Assembly: GCA_038087875.1 (NCBI GenBank) | Contig: JAXLNO010000478.1 | Span: 124,001-179,713 of the forward strand | Direction of reading: 5' to 3' | DNA: 55,713 nucleotides | DNA from: Malacoraja senta | Lineage: Eukaryota | Part shown: one piece after another, positions 36,214 to 50,777 of the stretch | Layout of the letters: every line of letters starts with the position of its first letter | How positions within the stretch are numbered: the stretch's first letter is position 1 | The notes under the pieces: model-generated | Seen by the model: only the letters and a program-made list of their open reading frames with translations | The model's database searches: none | What the model was told of the DNA's origin: nothing | Made by a program: the position numbers and the translations under genes

Positions 36214-38250
36214 GGTGGGGTAGCGTTGCTGGTTAGGGAGGAGATTAACGCAATAGAAAGGAAGGACATTAGCTTGGAGGATGTGGAATCAATATGGGTA
36301 GAGCTGCGAAACACTAAGGGGCAGAAAACGCTAGTGGGAGTTGTGTACAGGCCACCTAACAGTAGTAGTGGAGTTGGGGATGGCATCAATCAGGAAATTA
36401 AAAATGCGTGCAACAAAGGTAAAACATTTATAATGGGTGACTTCAATCTACATATAGATGGGGTGAATCAAATTGGCAGGGGTGCTGAGGAAGAGGATTT
36501 CTTGGAATGTATGCGGGATAGTTTTCTAAACCAACATGTAGAGGAACCAACTAGAGAACAGGCTATTCTAGACTGGGTATTGAGTAATGAGGGTTAGTTA
36601 GCAGGTACACAAAAATGCTGGAGAAACTCAGCGGGTGCAGCAGCATCTATGGAGCGAAGGAAATAGGCAAAGTTTCGGGCCGAAACCCTTCTTAGTTAGC
36701 AGTCTTGTTGTGCGTGGCCCCTTGGGCAAGAGTGACCATAATATGGTTGAGTTCTTCATTAGGATGGAGAGTGACATAATTAATTCAGAAACAAGGGTTC
36801 TGAACTTAAAGAAAGGTACACAAAAATGCTGGAGAAACTCAGCGGGTGCAGCAGCATCTATGGAACGAAGGAAATAGGCAAAGTTTTGGGCCGAAACCCT
36901 TCTTCAGACTGATGTCCCTTCTTCAGACTGATTAAAGAAAGGTAACTTTGAGGGTATGAGACTTGAATTGGCCAAGATAGACTGGCAATTGATTCTTAAT
37001 GGGTTGACGGTGGATATGCAATAGAAGGCATTTAAAGGCTGCATGGATGAACTGCAACAATTGTTCATCCCAGTTTGGCAAAAGAATAAATCAGGGAAGG
37101 TAGTGCATCCGTGGATAACAAGGGAAATCAGGGATAGTATCAAAACAAAAGATGAAGCATACAAATTAGCCAGAAAAAGCAGCCTAGAGGACTGGGAGAA
37201 ATTCAGACAGGGAGCAAAGAGTAGGAGTTAACGGGTCCTTTTCAGAATGGCAGGCAGTGACTAGTGGGGTACCGCAAGGCTCAGTGCTGGGACCCCAGCT
37301 ATTTACAATATATATTAATGATTTGGACGAGGGAATTGAATGCAACATCTCCAAGTTTGCGGATGACACGAAGCTGGGGGGCAGTGTTAGCTGTGAGGAA
37401 AGATGACTTTGATAGGCTGGGTGAGTGGGCAAATGCATGGCAGATGCAGTATAATGTGGATAAATGTGAGGTTATCCACTTTGGTGGCAAAAACAGGAAA
37501 GTAGACTATTACCTGAATGGTGGCCGATTAGGAAAAGGAGAGATGCAACGAGACCTGGGTGTCATGGTACACCAGTCATTGAAAGTAAGCATGCAGGTGC
37601 AGCAGGCAGTGAAGAAGGCGAATGGTATGTTAGCATTCATAGCAAAAGGATTTGAGTATAGGAGCAGGGAGGTTCTACTGCAGTTGTACAGGGTCTTGGT
37701 GAGACCACACCTGGAGTATTGCGTACAGTTTTGGTCTCCCAATCTGCCATAGAGGGAGTACAGAGAAGGTTCACCAGACTGATTCCTGGGATGTCAGGAC
37801 TTTCATATGAAGAAAGACTGGATAGACTCGGCTTGTACTCGCTAGAATTTAGAAGATTGAGGGGGGATCTTATAGAAACTTACAAAATTCTTAAGGGGTT
37901 GGACAGGCTAGATGCAGGAAGATTGTTCCCGATGTTGGGGAAGTCCAGAACAAGGGGTCGCAGTTTTAGGATAAAGGGGAAGTCTTTTAGGACTGAGATG
38001 GGAAAAACATTTTTTACTCAGAGAGTGGTGAATCTCTGGAATTCTCTGCCACAGAATGTAGTTGAGGCCAGTTCATTGGCTATATTTAAGAGGGAGTTAG
38101 ATGTGGCCCTTGTGGCTAAAGGGATCAGGGGGTATGGAGAGAAAGCAGGTACAGGATACTGAGTTGGATGATCAGCTTTGATCATATTGAATGGCGGTGC
38201 AGGCTCGAAGGGCCAAATGGCCTACTCCTGCACTTATTTTCTATGTTTCT
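36214..38250 (+). mobile_element. Duplicate of the CR1 at 10441-12446
   Basis: Near-identical, including both nested short repeats and the internal deletion. Confidence 0.9.
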
Positions 38251-38473
38251 AATACTGAATATTCTTATGTAGTTTATTCAGTAAGGGTGGGAAGTTTAAT
38301 TTAAATAAAGAAGTCTTAGTTAGATAAATTCCTAGATATTTAAATTTTTCATGGACTATTTTAAAGGGGGATTGTTGCAATGTATGTAAATTGTGATCCG
38401 TTATTGGCATGATTTCGCTTTTATTCCAATTAATTCTATATCCCGAGAACAAACAAAATTGAGTTAGTAGATA

Positions 38474-41400
38474 CATAGATACATAGAAAATAGGTGCAGG
38501 AGTAGGCCATTCGGCCCTTCGAGCCTGCACCGCCATTCAATATGATCATGGCTGATCATCCAACTCAGTATCCCGTACCAAACGTTTGCCCACTCACCCA
38601 GCCTATCCAAGTCACCTTGCAGTCTCCTCACAGCTAACACTGCCCCCCAGCTTAGTGTCATCCGCAAACTTGGAGATGTTGCTTTCAATTCCCTCGTCCA
38701 GATCATTAATATAAATTGTAAATAGCTGGGGTCCCAGCACTGAGCCTTGCGGTACCCCACTAGTCACTGCCTGCCATTGTGAAAAGGACCCGTTTACTCC
38801 TACTCTTTGCTTCCTGTTTGCCAGCCAGTTCTCTATCCACATCAATACTGAACCCCCAATACCGTGTGATTTAAGTTTGTATCCTAATCTCTTATGTGGT
38901 ACCTTGTCGAAAGCCTTCTGAAAGTCCAGATACAACACATCCACTGGTTCTCCCCTATCCACTCTACTAGTTACATCCTCGAAAAATTCTATAAGATTCG
39001 TCAGACACGATTTACCTTTCGTAAATCCATGCTGACTTTGTCCAATGATTTCACCACTTTCCAAATGTGCTGCTATCCCATCTTTAATAACTGACTCTAG
39101 CAGTTTCCCCACTACCGATATTAGACTAACTGGTCTGTAATTCCCCGTTTTTCTCTCTCCCTCCCTTCTTAAAAAGTGGGGTTACGTTTGCTACCCTCCA
39201 ATCCTCAGGAACTACTCAGAATCTAAAGAGTTTTGAAAAATTAGCACTAATGCATCCACTATTTCTGGGAGCTACTTCCTTAAGTACTCTGGGATGCAGC
39301 CTATCTGGCCCTGGTGATTTATCGGCCTTTAATCCATTCAATTTACCCAACACCACTTCCCGACTAACCTGATTTCACCTCAGTTCCTCCATCTCCTTTG
39401 ACCTGCGGCCCCCTGCTATTTCCGGCAGATTATTTATGTCTTCCTTAGTGAAGACGGAACCAAAGTAGTTAATTCAATTGGTCCGCCATATCCTTGTTCC
39501 CCATGATCAATTCACCTGTTTCTGACTGCAAGGGACCTACATTTGTTTTAACTAATCTCTTTCTCTTCACATATCTATAAAAACTTTGCAGTCAGTTTTT
39601 ATGTTCCCTGCCAGTTCCTTTCATAATCTATTTTCCCTTTCCTAATTAAGCCCTTTGTCCTCCTCTGCTGGTCTCTGAATTTCTCCCAGTCCTCTGGTAT
39701 GCTGCTTTTTCTGGCTAATTTGTACGCATTCATCTTTTGCTTTGATACTATCCCTGATTTCCCTTGTTATCCACGGATGCACTACCTTCCCTGATTTATT
39801 CTTTTGCCAAACTGGGATGAACAATTTTTGTAGTTCATCCATGCAGTCTTTAAATGCCTTCCATTGCATATCCACCGTCAACCCCTTTTAGAACTAATTG
39901 CCAGTCAATCTTGGCCAATTCACGTCTCATACCCTCAAAGTTACCTTTCTTTAAGGTTCAGAACCGTTGTTTCTGAATTAACAATGTCACTCTCCATCCT
40001 AATGAAGAACTCAACCATATTATGGTCACTCTTGCCCAAGGGGGCACGCACAATAAGTCTGCTAACTAACCCTTCCTCATTACTCAATACCCAGTCTAGA
40101 ATAGCCTGCTCTCTCGTTGGTTCCTCTACATGTTGGTTTAGATAACTATCCCTCATACATTCCAAGAAATCCTCTTCCGCAGCACCCCTGCCAATTTGAT
40201 TCACCCAATCTATATGTAGATTGAAGTCACCCATTATAACTGTTTTGCCTTTGTTGCACGCATTTCTAATTTCCTGTTTGATGCCATCCCAACTTCACTA
40301 CTACTGCTAGGTGGCCTGTACACAACACCCACCAGCGTTTTCTGCCCCTTAGTGTTTCGCAGCTCTACCCATACCGATTCCACATCCTCCAAGCTAATGT
40401 CCTTCCTTTCCACTGCGTTAATCTCCTCTATAACCAGCAACGCTACCCCACCTCCTTTTCCTTTCTCTCTATCCCTCCTGAATATTGAATATCCCTGGAT
40501 GTTCAGCTCCCAGCCTTGGTAACCCTGGAGCCATGTCTCCATGATCCCAACTATATCATAATCATTAATTGCTATCTGCACATTCAACTCATCCACCTTA
40601 TTACGAATGCTCCTTGCATTGAGACACAAAGCCTTCAGGCTTGTTTTTACAACGATCTTACCCCTTATACTATTATGTTGAAAAGTGGCTCTTTTTGATT
40701 TTTGCCCTGGATTTGTCTGCCTGCCACTTTTACTTTTCACCTTGCTACCTATTGCTTCCGCCCGCATTTTACACCCCTCTGTTTCTCTGCTCACCCATTT
40801 AAGAAACCCCACCACCTCTTATTCTCTGTTTATTATTGTTTTCTTCTTCCCCCCCTACATGTTGGGTCTGAGTGCTGTCCTTCTCTGCCTCCTGCTTCAC
40901 ACACTGTCTAATAGCATTCTCTATTTGAGTCCCTCCCCCCAACCATTCTAGTTTAAAGTCTCCCCAGTAGCCTTTGCCGATCTCCTGCCAGGATATCGGT
41001 CCCCCTCCAGGTTCAAGTGCAACCCATCCTTTTTGTACAGGTCGAACCTTCCACAAAAGAGGTCCCAATGATCCAGAAATTTGAATCCCTGCCTTCTGCA
41101 CCAGTCCTTCAGCCACGCATTTATCCTCCACCTCGCTCCATTCCTACTCTCACTGTCGCGTGGCACAGGCAGTAATCCCGAGATTGTTACCTTTGCTGTC
41201 CTTCTCTTTAACTCCCCTCCTAACTCCCTAAATTCTCCTTTCAGGACCTCTTCTCTTTTTTTACCTATGTCATTGGTACCTATATGTATCACGACCTCGG
41301 GCTCCTCTCCCCTGCCCTTTCAGAATGTCTTGGACACGTTGAGACACATCACAGACCCTGGCACCAGGGAGGCAAACTACCATCCAGGTCTCCCGACTGC

Positions 41401-41878
41401 GTCCACAGAATCGCCTGTCTGACCCCCTAACTATAAGAGTCCCCTATTAATATTGCCCTCCTCTTCTTTCCTTACCCTTCTGAGCAACAGAGGCCGGAGG
41501 TACCGGAGGCCTGGCCGCTGTCGCTACCCCAGGTAGGCTGTCCACCCCAACAGTGCTCAAACAGGAGTACTTATTGTCAAGGTGTACAGCCACCGGGGTA
41601 CTCTCTAGTCCCTGCCTGTGCCCCTTGCCTCTCCCCAACCGTGATCCACTTGCCTGCCTCCTGTGGTGTTGGAGTGACCACATCCCTGTAACTCCTCTCA
41701 ATGACTTCCTCGCTCTCCCTGACCAGACAGAGGTCATCGAGCTGCTGCTCCAGGTTCCTAATACGGTCCATTAGGAGCCCCATCTCGATACACCTGGCGC
41801 AGATGTGGACGCCTGGAGGGCTATCAGACTCCATGACTTCCCACATCTGACATCCAGAACAGTAAACTGCCCTGTTTG
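38474..41878 (-). mobile_element. CR1-clade LINE with ORF1 (Cys-rich zinc-finger plus SGNH esterase) and internally deleted ORF2; private to copy 2
   Basis: CSGC...CARC, IHIGTND, DGLHLN; LNARSI, GDFN, FADD; (TCTATGTA)n tail; GATA at both flanks; empty site at about 12666. Confidence 0.92.
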
Positions 41879-42550
41879 GATAGGTTTGGAATGCTAGTTT
41901 CTGGGTTTTCTAATGTATATTAATACATCTGCATATAAAGACATTTTATACACTGTGTCTTTGGTATTATACCGTATATTTCTGAATGGGCTCTAACACT
42001 TTCTGCTAATGGTTCAATAGCGAGAGCGAATAATAACGGAGATAGCGGGCATCCTTGTCTACAACCTCTAGATAAGTTAAATTTAGTTGATAACATTTGG
42101 TTTGTTAATTTTCTAGCTGTTGGGTTAGTATATAAGAGCGTGCAGTACTTCTCGCCCAGTTGAAAATTTTCCATCACCGAAAATAGATAGGGCCATTCCA
42201 CCTGATCAAATACTTTTTCAGCATCTAACGAAATGATTACTAGGTCTACATTAGCAATTCTATTTGAATATATAATATTGAATAATCGTCTCAAATTATA
42301 AGATGAGTATCGTTTTGGAATAAAACCTGTTTGGTCAGGGTGTACTAATTTATTAATCACTAAACTTAATCTATGCGCTAGAATTTTAGTTAATATTTCT
42401 GATCAGTATTTAAGAGAGCTATTGCTCTATATGAACCTATGCCTTCAAGGTCCTTATCTGTTTTTGGTATAAGTGTTATTGTAGATTCGTTTAAAGTTTC
42501 TGGCAGTTTCTGTTGAGTAAAAGCATACATATACAGTGTCTGTAAGCTTA
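41879..42550 (-). pseudogene. Duplicate L1-D RT piece
   Basis: Matches 12666-13340. Confidence 0.88.
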
Positions 42551-42605
42551 TAATTCCATTCAAAATTAAAATTATAATATGGTATAAAGTAAAAAAGGTG
42601 AAAGA

Positions 42606-44711
42606 GACTTCCGGTGGGGGCGACATGTTGGAGTAGTCGCACTTTTCACGCTCCCGACCTTTTCACCTCCAACTTTTATTACAGCTCAGTCTAAGTTTTT
42701 TAACCACCCACAAACATTTAAACATCATTGTCCGTACCTCTCTACGTTGTAAAGATGCCAAACAAAGGAAAGAAAGCGGAGCAAAAGACAGAAGACCCGA
42801 CGGCCACGCTAGCAGCCATGATAACAGAACATAAGGTATTGTTACTGGCAGAATTCAACACTGCGTTACCAAATTGGAAACGAAGCTGGACAATATCCAG
42901 ACCACTATGTTAGACCACCAACACCGTCTCTCGTCATTAGAGTCTCTTGCCGCTACCAAGAGCTATAACGTTAATGTTAACTACGGTGACCGAAGAGAAC
43001 GCCAAGCTAAAGGCTAAGCTTATCGGCCTGGAAGTCAGGAGTCGGCCGAAATAACATAAGGATAGTGGGTCTTCCCGAGAATATCGAGGGCTCCCAAACA
43101 ACAGTGTTTTTCTCTCAACTTCTGCTCGAGACTCTTGGCAAACACATACTGGAAATCAGCCCCGGAGCTAGACCGAGCCACCGTACGCTAACAGCCAAGC
43201 CAAGCCCTGGTGAAAAACCCAGAGCAGTTGTGATCTGCTTCCATAGATACCAGACCCGTGAGTTGGTGGTACGTGAGGCTCGGAGACAGAGGGGTAAGCT
43301 GAAATACAAAGATACCCCGTTCCACATTTTCGAAGACTACCGTCCCGAGATAGTTGAACAACGCTTCGAGTACCGAGACGTTATGAAGGAGCTGTATAAC
43401 CTGGGTCTCAAACCCTCCCTTCATTATCCAGCCAATCTGTTCATAATGTCAGGGGAGGGAAAGAGGCGACCGACTAACATCTCCGAGGACGCTCAGGATT
43501 TCATCTCATCTTACCATCGACGCAGACCGGGACCCACAGATGACTGACTTCGTTCAGTACGTCTATATTCGAGTGCACAGGGGGCCCTGTTAATCTATGG
43601 TTACATGGACTAACTTTAGCTTGACTGTTCCTAATAACTAGCTATGGTTAGCGTTCAGCATTGCTGATTATACTAGACCCCGGTTTCAAAATGTATGTGG
43701 CTGGTAAGAAATCACCAGGATTTGCGATTATTTTATACTAACTTTTTCTTATATTGTCTATGTGTAATCATACTTGAGGGTCCCTCACCAGCATATGCTA
43801 TAAAACTGGGCTTAAAGGACCCACTTTGTGGTTTGTGATTTGGTCTCTGCCTTCCTGTTCTTAACAGCTGCCCGCTAAACGCTGTCAGCACCTGGCTAGT
43901 TTGCTTATACTAATCTTCATAACGAACTGTCTGGGGCTGATAAGAGCTCATTACAGCCAGGGCGGTGATTATAAATCTTATCTTATACCTTTTTTGTTTA
44001 ACAAAACATAAATTGATGCCTTTAGCGCTGTGCTTTTAAATCCAACAGCCCAGTTTGTAATTTGCTAACCTTTCCAATGCCAACTCTCTCTTTATACTTT
44101 GTCGATTTTAAGACATACTATGTAACACCAAAGGAAGTTATGCCGGATCCACTTACAGTTAGCCGGTTTATTTACTATCACCATTTTTGTTAATATGCTT
44201 TGTCTTATTGTGACTATCATCATTGCTATTATTACTATTAGTGTTAGCAATGGTACTGGCAGTGCAACCATTATGGTTATTATTTTAACTTTGCATTTAT
44301 CAATGTATGTTTATCTTACTTTATTCCTACTCTCTATTTTTCAAATTATTATCATGATCGTCATTATTACTATTACTATACTTATTTTACTTCATGTTAT
44401 CTTATCGACACCGAGTGACCGTCGCTTTGGAAGCGGTGATATAAGGAGTTAAGATTGGGATATCTCCATGCTGAAGCGAGGACAACGCACCTTGGTGCAA
44501 TGGGCACTTAAGGTTCAGTTGAGACATGGGGATCTCAGGTCTGGAGTCTCAGGTTTGAAAGATGGTTTAAATGATATGTGTTCCACTTGTTTGCTGTGTG
44601 TGTATGTTTTTGTTCTTGCTTTTTTTGTTTTTTTTGTTTTTGTTTTATCTTACTTCACACATTTATATATATATATATATGTGAAGTAAGATAAAACAAA
44701 AACATATAATA

Positions 44712-44790
<79 letters not shown>

Positions 44791-47700
44791 TATATATATA
44801 TATTATATATATATATATATATATGTATATGTATATATATATGTATATATATTTTATTTCCCCCCCCCCTCTCGGCAGGCTGGCTTCGATGCGCTCTTCC
44901 GTCTCGTTTTGCAGAACTACAGCGCATTACCCATATAGCTAAATATGGCCAACAAACGATACTCTTAGATTCGTCTCGTGGAATGTGAGAGGGACGGGAA
45001 GCTACCAAAACTGATAGGATCTTGGCCCAATTTGCAACAGCTCAAAGGTGATATATTCTTCATCCAAGAGACCCAGACCTTCGCAACAGAGAGGTAACAC
45101 AGCTAAGAGATGCTGGATTAGTCAACTATTTCACTCGAAATGTAATAATAGGGCTATCCTGATTCGTAAGAACATTAAGTTCGAACCCACAGAAAACTGT
45201 GGAAGACCCTGCTGGTCGCTTTGTCATGGTGTCGGGCAAATTGCAAGACACACCTGTCATATTGGCAAGCATTTATGGACTCCAACTGGGATGACAGCTC
45301 ATTTATAACTAAATTTTTTACTATCTCTCCCAAATATTGAAAATCACCATGTCATTGTGGGTGGAGACTTTAATCTGGTCCAAGATCTTATACTGGATAG
45401 GATCTTCGAATAAAGCTTCATACTTTAACTAATTCCGGTAAGACTGTGCCTGTTCTTGCCAAACAACTGGGGCTTACAGATCCATGGAGATTTATATTCC
45501 CCACGACTTAAATTATTTTCATTTTTTCTCCCACGTACATCGTACGTTTACCCGTATAGACTTCTTTCTCTTAGAATAGTTGCTTTCCAAAATCAATCTA
45601 GTGAGTACCATAGCATCGTAATATCAAGATCTTGCTGCGACCTCCCTGATCTTCATTTTTCGTAACGACTAACCCCTTTAAGTGGAGGTTCACTCCTCAT
45701 TATTAGCAGAGGCTCAATATCATGCAATTCTTGCACTCCAAAAGTCACCCTAGTATTTTGAGCTGAATGACTCGCCGGACATAGAAAGAGGTATACTTTG
45801 GGAAGCTTCAAAAGCCTATATTAGGGGCCAACTCATTTCCTTTATCTCCAACCTGAAAAGAACCGAGACGTTCCAAACGGCACATCTTTTACAAAAAATA
45901 AAGGACATTGATGACAGATATGCATCTGACCCAAACCCTAATCTCTATAGAGAACGCCTTAGGCTACAAAGACTTTGACCTCATATCCATTAATAAAAGC
46001 CAATCTATGACTGCTAAATCTAGGCAACATTTTTTGAATCTGGGGATAAAGCTGGAAAAGCTTTTTGGCCCATCAGGACAGAACAGAGGCGACTTCACGG
46101 CTAATTCCAGCCATTAGATCCAGCTCAGGGGAGACTCATACTGATCTTCGCAGAATTAGATGAAGCATTTGCTAAATTCTACACTGAACTATACACTTCC
46201 GACTGTCCCCGCCACTGCAGGTGACATGTTCAGCAGTAGGACGCTTCCCCGAATTGACGAAGAAGCCATGGAGAGACTTGGGTGGTCCCATAACTGTAGC
46301 TGAGGTCCAAGCAGCCATCACATCGTTGCAAAGCGGAAAGTCACCCGGCCCTGACGGCTTCTCTGTAGAATATTACAAAGCTTTCTCTGACCTCCTCGCA
46401 CCAGGTCCATGAGAGATATGTACAATGAGGCGTTTTTACAGCGTCGCCTACCGCCCACCTGTCCGTGGGCTATCATCTCCCTAATTCTTAAAAAGGAGAA
46501 AGATCCCCTGCTTTGTAGTAGCTATAGACCAATCTCACTACTGAATGTGGACCTCAAAATCCTTTCTAAAGCCCTTGCGCTTCGTCTTCAACGAGTGTTA
46601 CCCTCTATTATCTCGTTGGATCAAACAGGGTTTGTACCTGGCCGACAGTCTTCCCCTAATACTAGGCGTCTCCTTAACATCATTCACTCTTCGGGTAATG
46701 AGACCCCGGAGATGGTGGTCTCCCTCGATGCCGAAAAAGGCCTTCGACAGGGTCGGTGGAGGTACCTATATGAGGCGATGGATAGGTTTGGCCTCGGAAA
46801 CAGTTTATTCTCTGGGTGAGCCTATTATATTCGTCCCCGGTGGCCTCAGTACAAAAACACGACATACTGTCGCCCCACTTCACACTTCAGAGAGGTACCA
46901 GAAGGTACCACTATCTCCACTCTTGTTTAATGTCGCGATAGAACCCCTGGCGGTCTGGTTACGCGCAGAGAAGGGCTTTAAGGTATTACACGGTTTGACA
47001 CAACTCATAAAGTCTCATTGTATGCGGATGACCTGCTCGAACCCAGTCTGTTCTCCTCCCTGTGATTATGAATATTTTAGAACGGTTTGGTGCATATTCT
47101 GGTTATAAACTTATCTACCAAAAGAGTGAGCTATTACCGATTAACTTACCGGCTAAGCAGCTCCCTCGCTCTTTAACCTCATTCAAAAGGGCAGAGGATG
47201 GGTTTCGCTATCTCGCCGTTTTTATCACAATACCCTTATCTGATATGTTCCGCACAAACTTTTTGCCCTCTGGTTGAGAAAGCCGAAAAAGATTTTGGAT
47301 CGCTGGTCAGTCTTACCGCTATCCCTCGTGGGCCCGGATAAATCTGGTTAAGATGGTTGCCCCTACCCAAATTCCTGTATCTTTTCCAGCATGTCCCCAT
47401 ACTTATCACCAAATCTTTTTTTGACAACTTAGAAAGGACAATATCTAAATTCTTATGGGGTAGCAAACCGGTCAGAATCCGAAAGGCGATACGCAGTCGC
47501 CTAAGAGTGGATGCGGTTTGGCCCTCCCTGATTTTAGGCAATACTACTGGGCAGCTAACTTGCAAAAACTCCTGTATTGGATGAATGATGATTGCGAGCA
47601 CCCACCGATCTGGCTTTATATGGCAAGGCGAGTTCACGTCTCCCGTTGCGGTCTGTCCTATTGCTCCCAACTCCCCCTTTTCTATAACATCTGTGGGTGC

Positions 47701-48742
47701 AGGCCCAATTGTGTCCCTTTCGCTCAAGATATGGAGTCAATTTAGGAAAAACCCCGGTTTACAGGGTCCTTCCATCTTGACCCCACTGCTTAAAAATCAC
47801 ATTTTAAACCTTCAAGTATAGACCACGCATTTAAAACCTGGCATAGCAATGGCATCAGTAGTATTAAAAACCTATATAAGGATGGCATCTTCTCATCTTT
47901 CGTGGAGCTCTGGTCTAACTACAACCTCCCAAACTCCCACCTTTTTCGGTTTTTCCAGATTAGGGATTTTGTGAAGAAGACATTTCCCTACTTCCCAAAT
48001 CGCCCTCCTGAAACCCTGACTGATATCATCTTAGCTTTAGACCCCAATCGGAAGAAATGCATCTCTATTTTGTATAATTTGCTAGGGTCGGTTTTATTGA
48101 AACCTCATACCTCATTAAAAGCTGCGTGGGAGAGCTGAATACGAAATTAACAGACCAGCAATGGGACTCTGCCTTGGATTTGATCCACTCTTCTTCCATA
48201 TGCGCTCGTCATGGCCTAATCCAATGCAAAGTCCTTTACAAAGTCCACTACACAAATGCAAGATTAGCTAGAATGTACCCAGCTGTTAATGACACCTGTA
48301 ACAGATGTAGTCAATCTCCTGCCAACCATAGCCACATGTTTTGGTCTTGCCCTAAGCGAGCAGCCTTTTGGAGGAGTGCTTTTGAATTGATAAGCAGAGC
48401 TTACGACCAGACTATTCTTCCAAATCCAATGTCAGCTATTTTCCCAATACTAACCTCTCTGTTGCGATGAAACGGGTCCTAGCTTTTACAACCTTGTTAG
48501 CCCGGAGACTGATCTTGCTTAGTTGGAGGCTTACCTGTCCCCCGACACACGCCCGTTGGATTAAGGAGGTGATTTACAATCTGAAACTTGAAAAACTTAG
48601 GTTCTCTCTCAAAGGCTCTACCAAGACATTCCTAGATACATGGAACCCTTTCTTTGAACTGGTTAACTCTCTTACCTTGTCCCTGGACTCGGAAGAGGAC
48701 TGAGTGTTCTCCATCATCGTTTTGTTCTACAGCAGCTGCTTT
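42606..48742 (+). mobile_element. L1 element A, copy 2: uninterrupted ORF1, spacer and ORF2 with many frameshifts; no poly-A visible
   Basis: GACTTCCGG start; ORF2 remnants 44945-48703 (PGPDG, SLDAEK, YADD, CNRC..HMFWSC). Confidence 0.9.
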
Positions 48743-49139
48743 CCCCATATTATTTAGGAAAGATAGAAGGAGTCCCAACAAATACAAGGGGATGATGTAT
48801 TCCTAAGGAACTACTTACTGGCAGTATCTCGTTCTATTACAGAATTAAGAACCAAGGGGCTGCTGGCACAGAGTCCCCATCTCGACTTTCCAATCCATTC
48901 TGTGAAAGCGGGGGACTGGGATCTTGTAACATCATGGAAGGAAGAAAAGCTGCAACCTAAGTGGACTGGACCCTACCTGGTGTTACTAATCACCGAGACA
49001 GCAGTACGAACAAAAGAAAAGGTGGACACACGCAAGCCGATTTAAGGACCTGTGGAGGCCCCACCAAACAATATCAGCCCGTGGACTGTGCGCAAAGGAG
49101 AGGAACATTTGACTTTAATATTTAACAAGAACCCGCGGA

Positions 49140-50212
49140 AAAATGAAGATTTCGTGTTGTGGGTCGTGTGGTTGGGTGGTTACCCCAACTATGTAAGCAT
49201 ACAGAGTGTTCAAATGCAGAAGTGGTAGGTATTGGATATGTGCAGATAGAACAAGGGAGAATTAGCCTAAGGATTTGAAGATAATGATAGTAGCAGGAGA
49301 AACAGAATTAAGGCAATTATATGATGAGGGAATACCTACAGGAGGGAAGGGAGCCAACACCTGGCTTGCCTGGATGATGTACACGGCCAGGAGTATGCAA
49401 CACACCAATTGCTACGCCTGTGCCGGAGCTAAGCCTCAGCTGGTTCCAGAACCATTTCCCTTGAATTGGGATAGGACACCTGGGGCTTATGTCATGTATA
49501 CTACAGCTATTCACGGAATCCCATCCTACCAAAGGATGCGACCTGCCAGAGTTAATCATTACCTATTCCCGGCTAGCAACAACAATACAAAGGGCCGAAG
49601 GACAGACCCTTTCAACACACACATATATATAGATGCGATAGGGGTGCCAAGAGGGTACCCGATGAATTCAAAGCCAGAAACCAGATAGCTGGCGGGCTTT
49701 GAGTCCATACTCTTCTGGTGGTCCACACTTAATAAAAATGTGACTGGATCAACTACCTATACTACAATCAACAACGCTTTATAAATTACACTCGAGATGC
49801 GGTTGAAGGATTAGCGGAACAACTGACAGATACCAGCCTAATGGCCTGGCAAAATCGCATGGCCTTAGACATGCTACTGGCTGAGAAGGGAGGGGTGTGT
49901 GTAATGTTTGGGGAACAATGTTGCACCTTCATCCCCAACAACACTGCTCCTGATGAGTCAGTATCGAGAGCCCTAGCAGGTCTCACCTCCCTGTCTATCG
50001 AATTGCCCGAGAACTCCGGAGTAGACACCTCCTGGACCGGGTTTCTAGACTCCTGGTTTGGGAAATGGAAGCACATCTTTACATCAGCCCTAACATCAGT
50101 GGTAGTTATGATGGGGTTGCGGTGCCTATTTAAAACAAAGTATGACCAGCGAGAGGAAGATAAGGAGGCGAAGATTCTGCTGCTAGCATTAGAGAAGGGG
50201 CAGATAGTCTAA
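49140..50212 (+). pseudogene. env: Gamma-type env remnant
   Basis: SU CxxC (CYAC), TM heptad and immunosuppressive domain WQNRMALDMLLAEKGG, CX6CC (CVMFGEQCC); frameshifted and apparently shortened. Confidence 0.88.
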
Positions 50213-50248
50213 ATCAAAGATTGCAGTAGCAAAAGTAAAAGTGTGGAT

Positions 50249-50777
50249 TGTGAGGAAGGGGTTAATAGGTATAAGTTGATTTAGACAAGAACCCTTTGTA
50301 TAGTAGGGAGGATAGGGGGAGTGAAGAACGAGCACAGATGGTGACTTTTTCAAGGATGAGAACAGAGAAGATAAGGAGACCGTCCCAGGATAGAACTAGG
50401 GTAAGGGTCATAAGAAACACTGTGCGCATGGGCAATGAACTTACATGAATATGTACACACACCCACTATGACAAGATGTCTCATTTAAATGCACATGCGA
50501 TGCATGATATGGGAGGTGTCTTTGACGTCGGGTGGACGTTCCAGGACGTTCTCGTGGGAATGTGGGCTTTATGTTATGATTGGAAGAAGCACAATGGGGA
50601 GGGATGAGGGTGTGACAATGATACCCATGAAATGTATAAAGATAGAAGACATCCCGATCCTCGGTGTGCCTCTAGGGGACATCAGAGGAGAGGCACCTAT
50701 TCTGCAGAATATGATTTGAATAAAAAGCTTCTTTGCCGACTTTGTCTCTAAAAGCGTTTGTGATTTTGAATCTCACA
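50249..50777 (+). repeat. ERV2 3' LTR (529 bp)
   Basis: 6-bp terminal inverted repeat, TATAAA 50635-50640, AATAAA 50719-50724, purine-rich tract upstream. Confidence 0.85.

Larger units (their letters stand above)
33691..47048 (+). repeat. Second copy of a ~10-kb direct segmental duplication (partner about 1901/2079-32727)
   Basis: Same order and same junctions of TIR element, L1-D, CR1 with both short-repeat insertions, L1-D and L1-A. Confidence 0.93.
48743..50777 (+). mobile_element. Endogenous retrovirus 2, 3' fragment (integrase C-terminus, env remnant, 3' LTR)
   Basis: KLQPKWTGPYLVLLITETAV; env motifs; LTR bounded by TGTGAG...CTCACA. Confidence 0.9.

Noticed and set aside
49140..50212. 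Domesticated syncytin-like env gene
   Set aside because: Fragmented and shortened frame inside a recognisable provirus remnant; would need polished sequence and orthologues
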